DNA from: Acidobacteriota bacterium
Lineage (GTDB): Bacteria > Acidobacteriota > Blastocatellia > Pyrinomonadales > Pyrinomonadaceae
NCBI GenBank assembly: GCA_020200095.1
Contig: JAIVJJ010000235.1
Location: 6,140 to 70,139 of the forward strand
Reading direction: 5' to 3'
DNA: 64,000 nucleotides
Position numbers and translations under genes: made by a program. The first letter of the stretch is position 1; every line of letters begins with the position of its first letter. The notes beneath the pieces are model-generated. The model saw only the letters and a list, made by a program, of their open reading frames with translations, had not been told where the DNA came from and searched no databases. Of the stretch, positions 28,176-36,392 are shown in pieces.

Positions 28176-30686
28176 TTAAAATTTTCCGATTCCTTTTCCT
28201 TCGGCGAGGCTGGAGACGATTGCAGCTAATTCCGCCGGTTCAACCGGCTTCGGCACGTGAAATTGAAATCCTGCCGTTAAAGCCCGAACGCGGTCTTCAA
28301 CCCGCGCATACGCCGTAAGCGCAATCGCCGGAATGCGTCCCCCTTTTTCTTTCGGCAGCGAGCGCACTTTGTTAATCAACATATAACCGTCTTCAACAGG
28401 CATTCCGATGTCACTGACTAACACATCATAAGAAGCGTCTTCCAGAGCTTTGAGCGCCTCAGCAGCCGAACCTACAGTGGTTACTTCTGCCCCGCACTGC
28501 TCAAGCACTACGCGAAGCAAATGTCGTGAATCCGCCTCGTCGTCAGCTATTAAAATTCGCAAGCCGTTCAATTCCGGGTCACAATCGAATTGAAGGTCTC
28601 CGTCTGCGGTAGGATGAACCCGCTTTTCTTTTCCTTTTTCATTATGAGGAACGGTAGCTATCTGCGGCAGCCGTACAATGAAACTTGTTCCCAAATCCTC
28701 GCCTGCACTTTCTGCGCGGACGGTTCCGCCGTGCATTTCGACAATTTGGCGGGCAATCGAAAGACCGAGTCCGAGTCCGCCTTCGTTTCGCGTGCTGGTT
28801 TGGTCAGCTTGACGAAAACGGTCAAAGACGTACGGGAGAAATTCAGGATCGATACCTTTTCCCGTATCGCTGATAATAATTTCGACGTGCGAATTTACAC
28901 GTTCCAGACGCGCCTGGACGCGCCCGCCTTTCGGCGTGAACTTAACGGCATTAGTAAGTAAGTTCCAGATGACTTGCTGCAGCCGGTCGGCATCACCCGA
29001 AATTGGTCCGGTTTCTGTATCAAGCAGCATTTGCAAGCGAATGTTTTTTGCATCGGCGGCGGGACGAACCGCTTCAACCGCCCTTTCAATCACATTTGAA
29101 AGCTCTACCGGACGAACTTCGAGCCGTAATTTTCCGGTAATGATGCGCGAGGTATCCAGCAAATCGTCAATTAATTGAGACTGCGAGCGGGCATTGCGCT
29201 CGACGGTTTCAAGAGCGCGGATAGAGGCTTGCTTATCAAGTTTCCCGCTGCGCAAAAGATTTGACCAGCCGAGAATAGCGTTTAAAGGAGTGCGTAGTTC
29301 ATGAGAAAGCGTGGCAAGAAATTCATCTTTAATTTTATCCGTTTCTTCTGCCGCGCGGCGCGCTTCCTGTTCTCGTTGTAAAATCTGTTCACGCTCGGCT
29401 TCCGCTTGCTTGCGCTCGGAAATGTCACGGGCAATACCAATAAAAACGTGCTCATTGTTCCGCTTGAATTCTCCAAAGGAAAGTTCAAGCGGAAATTCGT
29501 AACCATCGCGGTGAAGCCCGACAACTTCCACATGTTCCCAGGAGAGATGTCGTTTACCCGTTTCGATGTATCGTCCAAGTCCGGCTTCATGCACGCGGCG
29601 CAGATACTCCGGCATCAGCATAGTTAGCGTTTGACCGAGCATCTCTTCAATTTTATACCCGAAAATTCTTTCAGCCGCACGATTGATGAAAAGAATCGTA
29701 CTTTGTTCGTTAATGCTAATGATTACGTCCGAAGCCGTCTCCGCGACAATACGGTATCGTTCTTCACTTTCACGAAGTACTTCTTCAATTCGCTTGCGCT
29801 CAATTCCATTAGCGATACTATTGGAGACTGATGCCATTGCTTGAAGTGTCAAATCTGTTAACGGTTGTCGGGCGAAAGCACACATTACTCCAACCAACTG
29901 CTCTTCAACAATCAGAGGATAACCGGCGAATGCCACCATACCTTCCCTTCGCGCCCATTCCTTATTGCTGACAAGCGGGTCGTTAAAAACGTCATTAGTT
30001 AAATGAGATAAACGCTCCTTAGCAATCATACCAATCTTAAATTTGCCAATCGGTATGCGAGAATATTCCCCGTCCAAATGCGTGTACATTCCGGCGCTAG
30101 CCTGCAACTCTAAAACATTTTCACTGTTGTTGAACGTCCAGATGCGGGCAAATGCCACATTTAGATGTTCAACCAGAACTTCTGCGCAGCGGTTTAGAAC
30201 GCTTCGCAAATCTCCTCCTTGGATTAGCGCGTTAGCGATATCTCCATTAAAGGCGGCGAGGCGACCGCGTTCCTGCAACGTTTCTTCCGCCAGCTTTCGC
30301 GCGGTGATGTCGCGCGCTATCTTCGCGTAGCCGAGCAGTTTTCCGCTCTCGTCGCGCAGCGCGGTTGTGACGCCGTTAGCATAAAAGCGTGAATTGTCTT
30401 TTCGCAAGTGCCAGCGCTCGTCTTCCGCTCGTCCAATTTCCGCAGCATATTTTAACTCTTTTTCCGGCGCGCCTTGCTTCCGGTCTTCCGGCGTAAAGAT
30501 AATAGAAAAATCTTGTCCGATGATTGTATCTTTGCTGTAACCGAAAATCGTTTCAGCACCTTCATTCCAGCTTAGAATGAGACCTTCCGTATCGAGGTGA
30601 AAAATGGCAAAGTCTTTAATTTCTCTAACGAGAGTTCGGTAGGGTAATTCGCCAAATAGTTCTACTAATGTTTCTTCTGCTTCCAT
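28176..30686 (-). CDS. hybrid sensor histidine kinase/response regulator (PAS-GAF-PAS-HisKA-HATPase-REC)
   Basis: H-box FLATLSHELRTPLN, N/G boxes (NLLTNAVKFT, DTGKGI, GGLGLGLSI), C-terminal receiver ILIADDE...SDIGMP...K. Confidence 0.9.
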   Translation of the reverse strand: MEAEETLVELFGELPYRTLVREIKDFAIFHLDTEGLILSWNEGAETIFGYSKDTIIGQDFSIIFTPEDRKQGAPEKELKYAAEIGRAEDERWHLRKDNSRFYANGVTTALRDESGKLLGYAKIARDITARKLAEETLQERGRLAAFNGDIANALIQGGDLRSVLNRCAEVLVEHLNVAFARIWTFNNSENVLELQASAGMYTHLDGEYSRIPIGKFKIGMIAKERLSHLTNDVFNDPLVSNKEWARREGMVAFAGYPLIVEEQLVGVMCAFARQPLTDLTLQAMASVSNSIANGIERKRIEEVLRESEERYRIVAETASDVIISINEQSTILFINRAAERIFGYKIEEMLGQTLTMLMPEYLRRVHEAGLGRYIETGKRHLSWEHVEVVGLHRDGYEFPLELSFGEFKRNNEHVFIGIARDISERKQAEAEREQILQREQEARRAAEETDKIKDEFLATLSHELRTPLNAILGWSNLLRSGKLDKQASIRALETVERNARSQSQLIDDLLDTSRIITGKLRLEVRPVELSNVIERAVEAVRPAADAKNIRLQMLLDTETGPISGDADRLQQVIWNLLTNAVKFTPKGGRVQARLERVNSHVEIIISDTGKGIDPEFLPYVFDRFRQADQTSTRNEGGLGLGLSIARQIVEMHGGTVRAESAGEDLGTSFIVRLPQIATVPHNEKGKEKRVHPTADGDLQFDCDPELNGLRILIADDEADSRHLLRVVLEQCGAEVTTVGSAAEALKALEDASYDVLVSDIGMPVEDGYMLINKVRSLPKEKGGRIPAIALTAYARVEDRVRALTAGFQFHVPKPVEPAELAAIVSSLAEGKGIGKF

Positions 30687-30827
30687 CGTTGATTTTATCG
30701 TATCTTAATAACACGCTATTTTACACTGCAATTTTGAATAAAATACGAGTTTCAATTGACTTACCCGAAAGTTTTCGTGAGCGGTCAGAATAGGTAACGA
30801 AAATTCTGACATACTACAAGTTGATAC

Positions 30828-32150
30828 TTATATTCTGATTTCACCGACAGCTTTGCTAAATTGAATTTTAGTTCCCACCGACAGGGAAACGCTGCGTCCC
30901 GGCTCGACATCTTTTATTGAACCGTCGGTAGCAGTGATAACCCAATTTTCTTTTGAGACATTCTTCAGACCCCAGAGGCTAGGATTTGTCGGATGCTGAG
31001 AAACAGCAGCAACAGGCGCAGAGAAATCATACATTTTCTGGTCGTCAATGTGATGCGGAAACAATTCGGTGTTGTAATTGAGCATCACAACCGATTTACC
31101 GATGCGAATGCGCGGCGGTAAGCGCAGTGCAGCAGCGCACGCCCAGCACAATCCGGGATTTCCGCCGTTTGCTTTCAGCGCGATTGAATCGTAAAAATTT
31201 TCCATCGAACAATGCGGACAATAAAAAATCGCGTCGCGCAGGCGAATCATCTCGCCGCGCCATTCGCTTTCACGAACGCGCCCGTTTACTGGGTCGCGCA
31301 AACCGACGGTAAAAGCGCGAATGAAAATATCGCGCAAAAATTGCGGGTAAATTCGCCAGAAGGCGAGCGCGTTATCGTGAATGCCGGGAACGGGTCGGTT
31401 CGAATCATCATTCGGGTCGTAAATAAAAAGCGCGTCAGTGCCGTAAAGTTTCGTCATCGCGGGCAAATCAAGGGCTTTTATCGCCGCTTCCTTTTTGCCT
31501 TCGAGCGGGTGCGCGACCATCAGCATATAAAAAATCAAAACCGACAATGAAAATAAATCGGTGTTCGTGCTGGGCATCGCTTCGCCGCGCACAATTTCGG
31601 GAGCCATAAAGCGCGGCGTGCCGAGAACGCCCAAAACCGCCGCACCGTCAACCGAAACATTGTCGTTATCGGCAATCAAAACATCACCGTTGTCCGGGTC
31701 AAAAAAAGCGTTGCCAAATGAAATATCGCGGTAACACAAACCTTGCGAATGAAGCAATAAATAATTATGCGAAAGATTGAGTCCCGCGGTTGCCAGAGCG
31801 CGAAAAGTCGGCTCGATTTTCCGTTTCATCAAATCAACAATATTCTTAAAGCGCGGCGGACGAAGCGGCATCACGTAACCAAAACCCGGAACACCCGCCG
31901 CTGTCGTAATCTCCATCGGATAAAGAAAATGCTCGCTCGGCGCGCCTTTTCTGATAAGCAGTTCCATCGAAGCGCGTTGTTCGAGCGTTGCCATATGGGG
32001 GAAAAACCATTTTACCGCCACCGATTCGCCGCCAAGCTGCGCTTTATAAACTTCGCCTTGCCCGCCCGCGCCGAGCAGAGTTTCAATCGTGCAGGGCATT
32101 CCTGAAGGGAGGCATTGAACGATTTGACCGGGTTTTAGGATTTGATCCAT
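30828..32150 (-). CDS. divergent Ser/Thr protein kinase fused to zinc ribbon and FHA-like C-terminal domain (TerY-P-type kinase)
   Basis: LGAGGQGEVY, VAVKWF, CYRDISFGN, IADNDN, GTPRFMAPE. CPHC...CWAC zinc ribbon. C-terminal IGKS...LFPHHI...WGLKNVS...GTKIQF FHA-like pattern. Confidence 0.85.
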   Translation of the reverse strand: MDQILKPGQIVQCLPSGMPCTIETLLGAGGQGEVYKAQLGGESVAVKWFFPHMATLEQRASMELLIRKGAPSEHFLYPMEITTAAGVPGFGYVMPLRPPRFKNIVDLMKRKIEPTFRALATAGLNLSHNYLLLHSQGLCYRDISFGNAFFDPDNGDVLIADNDNVSVDGAAVLGVLGTPRFMAPEIVRGEAMPSTNTDLFSLSVLIFYMLMVAHPLEGKKEAAIKALDLPAMTKLYGTDALFIYDPNDDSNRPVPGIHDNALAFWRIYPQFLRDIFIRAFTVGLRDPVNGRVRESEWRGEMIRLRDAIFYCPHCSMENFYDSIALKANGGNPGLCWACAAALRLPPRIRIGKSVVMLNYNTELFPHHIDDQKMYDFSAPVAAVSQHPTNPSLWGLKNVSKENWVITATDGSIKDVEPGRSVSLSVGTKIQFSKAVGEIRI

Positions 32151-32180
32151 TTTCGCTTGTTTCTTTTAATTAATCTTAAC

Positions 32181-33323
32181 TTATTCTCGATTATTTTTGC
32201 GCTCGATGACAACGCCGTGTTCCGATTCCCAAGTCGCAATCCGATTTCCTCTTAAATCGCTGTCTTCGACGCTCACCGCGCTTTTTCCTTTAACTTTGAC
32301 GGCAACCGTTCCATTACGATGAATGTTACATCGGCGAACGGCAACGACGCTTTCGCTGAGAATGCTCACGCCCGCGTCCCGGTTGTCGTAAATGTTGCAG
32401 CTTTCGACGAGTGCGCCACCTTTATCGCGCACAACGACACCCGAATTGTTTCCGTCGTGGATCACACAGCGTCGCAAAACCGTATTGCCGCTGGTTGATA
32501 CGGCAACTTCTGCGTCTTCGTTTCCGTAAATGTCGCATTCTTCCAGCTTGCCGTAACCGTTTTGCTGAACAAATACGCCGGCATCGCGGCTGCCGTAAAT
32601 TTCGCATCGTCGAAATGTTGGATTAGCGTATTCGCTGATGCCGATGTTTGCGAGCCGATGCCCGAAAATTTTGCAGTCTTCGATCAAACCCGCCGCGCCG
32701 TTTTGCCACGCGACAACACCGCCGTTCTTTCCTTCAAAAATGCGGCAATTTTTTATCGTCGGATTTGCGCCGTTGGTAATCGCTACACCGACATTCGTGT
32801 TGCGGTAAATGTCGCAATTTTCTATTTGCCCGCACGCGTTGTCAAAAAAATAAATGCCCGAATCCGCTCCGTCGTGAATGCGGCAATTTTTAATAAACGG
32901 ATTTGCATTAACGCCATGAACGGCAACACACGAAAGCGAATCGGAAACAACGTCGCAGTTTTCCAAAATTAATTCACCGCGCGGAACATCAATGGCGAAA
33001 AACGCTCTGCCATATCTTGCACCGCTTCCTCGCAAGGTCAAACCGTGAACAAACACTTTTTCGGTTTGCATTTGAATGCAGCTTGCGTTTGCGCTTACAA
33101 TAACAATTTCTTGTGGCTCGCCGTCGCCGACGATTTCCATATTTTTATCAATGACAATGCTTTCATTATACAAACCGGGACGAATTATCAATCGTGTATT
33201 CGGCGCGGCGCTCCTTAACGCTTCTCCAATTGTTGTAAAATCGCCGTTGCCGTATGTGGAAACGATGGCTGATGTTTGAACTGAGATTTTGTTCGTCGGT
33301 ACATTCGCCGCGCGAATGCCCAC
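32181..33323 (-). CDS. right-handed parallel beta-helix (PbH1) repeat protein, Cys-rich
   Basis: About eleven repeats of roughly 23 aa of type xNCxIxxxxxxGVxVxxxxxxxI. N-terminal cap DFTTIGEALRSAAPNTRLIIRPGLYNES. GTG start, with TAA immediately upstream in frame. Confidence 0.8.
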   Translation of the reverse strand: MGIRAANVPTNKISVQTSAIVSTYGNGDFTTIGEALRSAAPNTRLIIRPGLYNESIVIDKNMEIVGDGEPQEIVIVSANASCIQMQTEKVFVHGLTLRGSGARYGRAFFAIDVPRGELILENCDVVSDSLSCVAVHGVNANPFIKNCRIHDGADSGIYFFDNACGQIENCDIYRNTNVGVAITNGANPTIKNCRIFEGKNGGVVAWQNGAAGLIEDCKIFGHRLANIGISEYANPTFRRCEIYGSRDAGVFVQQNGYGKLEECDIYGNEDAEVAVSTSGNTVLRRCVIHDGNNSGVVVRDKGGALVESCNIYDNRDAGVSILSESVVAVRRCNIHRNGTVAVKVKGKSAVSVEDSDLRGNRIATWESEHGVVIERKNNRE

Positions 33324-33607
33324 GAATTAACCGCCCAACGCGCCGCCGTTTCGGATAAAGCAAGATTCTCGCAAAGACGCTGCGCCAGACGGTTCAATAA
33401 AATCTGGCGCGGCGTGTTTTTAACAGCGGCTGCAAGCAAGTCAAGCGGCACTCGTTCATCAACTGCCATCGTCAAAACGGAAACTTCACGCCGAAATCCG
33501 CCGCAGTAATCGCGCAGTAGTCCTTCGCAGCGCCGTGCATTTTCCACAACGGACATGCCGTGCTTCGCTATGATTTCGACGAGTTTTTGACGCGGCAAAT
33601 CGTTCAT
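33215..33607 (-). CDS. small helical-domain protein of unassigned family (paralogue of the N-terminus of 45385..46191)
   Basis: The first ~98 aa align by eye with the 45385..46191 product (PRQ.L..I.AK.G...NARRCEGLL.D.CG..RRE..VLT.A.DER.PLDLLAA...WAV.SWA.A). The last ~36 codons overlap the beta-helix gene and look spurious. Confidence 0.6.
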   Translation of the reverse strand: MNDLPRQKLVEIIAKHGMSVVENARRCEGLLRDYCGGFRREVSVLTMAVDERVPLDLLAAAVKNTPRQILLNRLAQRLCENLALSETAARWAVNSWAFARRMYRRTKSQFKHQPSFPHTATAILQQLEKR

Positions 33608-33649
33608 AAATTTAAAGAGGACATCGGAATCTTACAAAACTTTATTTTG

Positions 33650-34786
33650 TCAGGCTGACGGCGTTCCTTCATTTTCGGATGAGTTTTCGAGCGGCGTGTG
33701 GGAATCTTTTTGAGCAAGTTCGACTGACGACGGCATAGAAATTTTACTTTTATCTTTTTTAATCGTTATCGTAACCGTTACGTTTTCCATATCTTCGGGC
33801 GAAACCGTTTGGGAATCAGTCAGCGCGGCAACCGCTTGTGAAGTTTCCGGCGAAGGCGGCGTTTCAGTTGTCGTTGTTACTTCCGATTTCTCCGGTCTTT
33901 CATATTTTCTCAGCGCACGGGGACGATAAATTATACCAACTGTGCAATCGTCGCCGCTGCCCATCTGCGTCGCTTCTTCGAGCCACGCTTTTAGATTTTC
34001 ATTAACCGCGTCAAAACCATTTTCCGCCGCAAGCATATTTAAAATATCAGTTCCGGCTTGAAAAAATCCGGCTTCATCAGAAAATGAATTAAGATAACCG
34101 TCGGTCGAAAGTAAAACCAGCGCCGGGCTTTGCTCGTTGGAAATTTTCTGCACGAAAAAACGAAAATCCTTTTCCGCATCTTTCAAACACATCGAAGTTG
34201 TTTCATTAGCGAGCAGACGCGCGTCTTCGGGCAGAGGCTTTGTAACTTTGCCTGCCGCCGAAACATTCAAAATATCGCCGTCGCCAAGCTGTAAATAAAG
34301 AACAAAATCTTCTTCCATCGCAACCGTTAAAGAAGTCGTGCCGTAAGCGAGAAGCGGGTTTTCTTCGATTAATTTTCTGGCGTTAGCGCCGGATTTTTCT
34401 TCGAGCTTTTTGAATTCATCTTCGGTAAACGGATTGTTTTTCAGGTGGTATTCAACCGTTTTTCTCCACTTTTTGACCATTTCCTTCGGCAAATAATCTT
34501 TGCCTTTGTTTTCGATTTCCGCCAAATCAAATTTGCCGCGCCGTTCATCGAGAAATTCACCAACAATTTGCGCGCTCTTTTTAACGGCAAAACGCGAGCC
34601 GTAATTGCTGCGAAAACATTTCGGGCTACCGTGTCCGTCGGCGACGGAAAGAATAATAGGTAAACTTCTGCCGGATTCGCGCACCTGCAAAATCGCGTCT
34701 TGATTGGGAGTTCCGGCGCGAAGATGCGACGCGCCGGGAACAGTTTCGCCGATGACGCGCCATTCGGTTTGATTGGAGTTTTCCAT
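33650..34786 (-). CDS. PP2C-family Ser/Thr phosphatase (PP2C_2 type) with S/T/E/P-rich tail
   Basis: GASHLRAGTPNQDA, SVADGHG, LLSTDGY, GSGDDCTV metal-binding motifs. C-terminal low-complexity tail of about 80 aa. Confidence 0.85.
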   Translation of the reverse strand: MENSNQTEWRVIGETVPGASHLRAGTPNQDAILQVRESGRSLPIILSVADGHGSPKCFRSNYGSRFAVKKSAQIVGEFLDERRGKFDLAEIENKGKDYLPKEMVKKWRKTVEYHLKNNPFTEDEFKKLEEKSGANARKLIEENPLLAYGTTSLTVAMEEDFVLYLQLGDGDILNVSAAGKVTKPLPEDARLLANETTSMCLKDAEKDFRFFVQKISNEQSPALVLLSTDGYLNSFSDEAGFFQAGTDILNMLAAENGFDAVNENLKAWLEEATQMGSGDDCTVGIIYRPRALRKYERPEKSEVTTTTETPPSPETSQAVAALTDSQTVSPEDMENVTVTITIKKDKSKISMPSSVELAQKDSHTPLENSSENEGTPSA

Positions 34787-34810
34787 TTTGTCTTAAATAC
34801 TTAATTTACA

Positions 34811-34926
34811 AAGTATAAAATAGGACGCGGACGAACGCGGATTTGGCTAATTTTCGCTGATAATCCTTAAAAAATACCTGTGTTAATCCGTTAAAGCCGT
34901 GTTCGTCCGCGTCCTATTTTATACTT
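34811..34926. repeat. 30-bp inverted repeat in the vWA-PP2C spacer
   Basis: AAGTATAAAATAGGACGCGGACGAACGCGG (34811-34840) versus CCGTGTTCGTCCGCGTCCTATTTTATACTT (34897-34926): 29/30 complementary, 56-nt loop. Confidence 0.85.
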
Positions 34927-34964
34927 TTGAAAAAGTTCTACTTTGATTTATTGCCACGCATCTT

Positions 34965-35753
34965 TTACCAAACATCGTCAACCGTATTTTGATCGTTCGG
35001 GTCGCCCGCTGAACCCGCGGGCGTGCCTCTTGTTGCGCCGGTATTTTGCGTTCCGGTTTGCGTGGCTGTTCCAGCTGCGGGCGCGGCAGTCGGAATCGGG
35101 ACATTTGCCGTATCCGTCCCGGCGGGAACTTCCGCTCCGGCTGCGGGCGACGAAGCCGATTTCAAAACTGCCGTTGAAGCCCATTTGATATGTTTGACAA
35201 GCGCTTCGGGGCTGTTAGCGGCGAGTGGTTTGAGTTCCGAATTGCCGATAAATTTTTGTAAAACATCAGCGTCTGAATCTTGTCCAATTGAGATGGCGAT
35301 ACGAACCGCTTTCTTCCCCCACGGTTGTTCCATCAACGCTTTCAAACCACCGTCAAAATCATCTGTCGGCTGACCGTCGGAAACCAGCACGAGAACCGGT
35401 GGCAAAGCGCGGTCACTCATCGGCGGCATTTTTAATTGTTCGGTGACAAGTTCGAGCGCTTTGCCCATATCGGTTTCGCCGTCGGCAGTTAAATCCGTCC
35501 ACGCGAAATCGGCGACCGGCGTCGGCTGCGAAATATGCCACTGCGCTCCGTTTGAAAATTTAACGGCGCGAACTAAAACCTGCGCGTTCGGGTTGTCTTC
35601 CGCCACTTTTTTCATATGCGGAATCGCTTCACGAATCGCCGTATTGAGCGATTGGATTTTTCCGTCGTCGCCCATCGAGCCGGAACTGTCGGCAATCCAA
35701 ATAAAATGCAGCGGTCTTGAGGCAAGTTCGCCTCCGGGTCTTTTCATTTCCAT
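34965..35753 (-). CDS. von Willebrand factor A domain protein (TerY/YegL-like) with A/G/T/P-rich tail
   Basis: MIDAS DSSGSM...ADGETDMG...VSDGQPTD. AAGGAGA Shine-Dalgarno upstream. 262 aa. Tail GTATQTGTQNTGATRGTPAGS...DDVW. Confidence 0.9.
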   Translation of the reverse strand: MEMKRPGGELASRPLHFIWIADSSGSMGDDGKIQSLNTAIREAIPHMKKVAEDNPNAQVLVRAVKFSNGAQWHISQPTPVADFAWTDLTADGETDMGKALELVTEQLKMPPMSDRALPPVLVLVSDGQPTDDFDGGLKALMEQPWGKKAVRIAISIGQDSDADVLQKFIGNSELKPLAANSPEALVKHIKWASTAVLKSASSPAAGAEVPAGTDTANVPIPTAAPAAGTATQTGTQNTGATRGTPAGSAGDPNDQNTVDDVW

Positions 35754-36392
35754 AATTATCTCCTTTTGAAATGTCGTCGGTTTTTTTATAAATCTTATAT
35801 TAAACAGAATTCCGATTTAAGCAAAATCTTTGCCACAAAACTAAGAGTCGGTTACAGACCGTCTGAAAGATGGAAAATTAATCTTTGCGCGAATTTTGCG
35901 AAAGCCTTTGCGTTGCTGATTTTTCATCTTAATTTAGGAAACACAAAAACCCCGGGCTTTATTCAAAAGCCGCAAGAAGTATTTTTGAAACGATTACTAA
36001 AAGCGGCTTCGGTAAAACTGTTTTTTATAAAGTGTATGAATTTCGTATAAACAAAACTGAAAAGAAATAAATTTAAGCTTTTTACATTCCGAGTCAGTTT
36101 TTGAATGATTTTTCTTAAAAGTTTTGACTTTTCGCCAAATCCGTTTGCAACTATTCGGTAAAAAGTGCATCCTAAGTAATGTTAGTCCTTCTCTTGCATC
36201 TTTATGATGCGCTCATCAAAACGGTTTTTTGGATTAGTTCGAGAGCAGGTTCGTTTATAATTACAGAAGTCGCTCTTGAAATTTTTGAGCATCCGAAACC
36301 CGATTCTTCGCAGCTGACCGTTTTTCTCCGAAGCCAATTCGATTCGACACTTCTTTTGACATTCCCCAAAGCGGGAAAAGGTATATAATTTT

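Noticed and set aside
36355-36392. TTGACA ... TATAAT-like promoter directly upstream of the RRM protein gene.
   Set aside because: The spacer is about 22 nt and the -10 element ends 3 nt before the ATG. The geometry is incompatible with a sigma-70 promoter.
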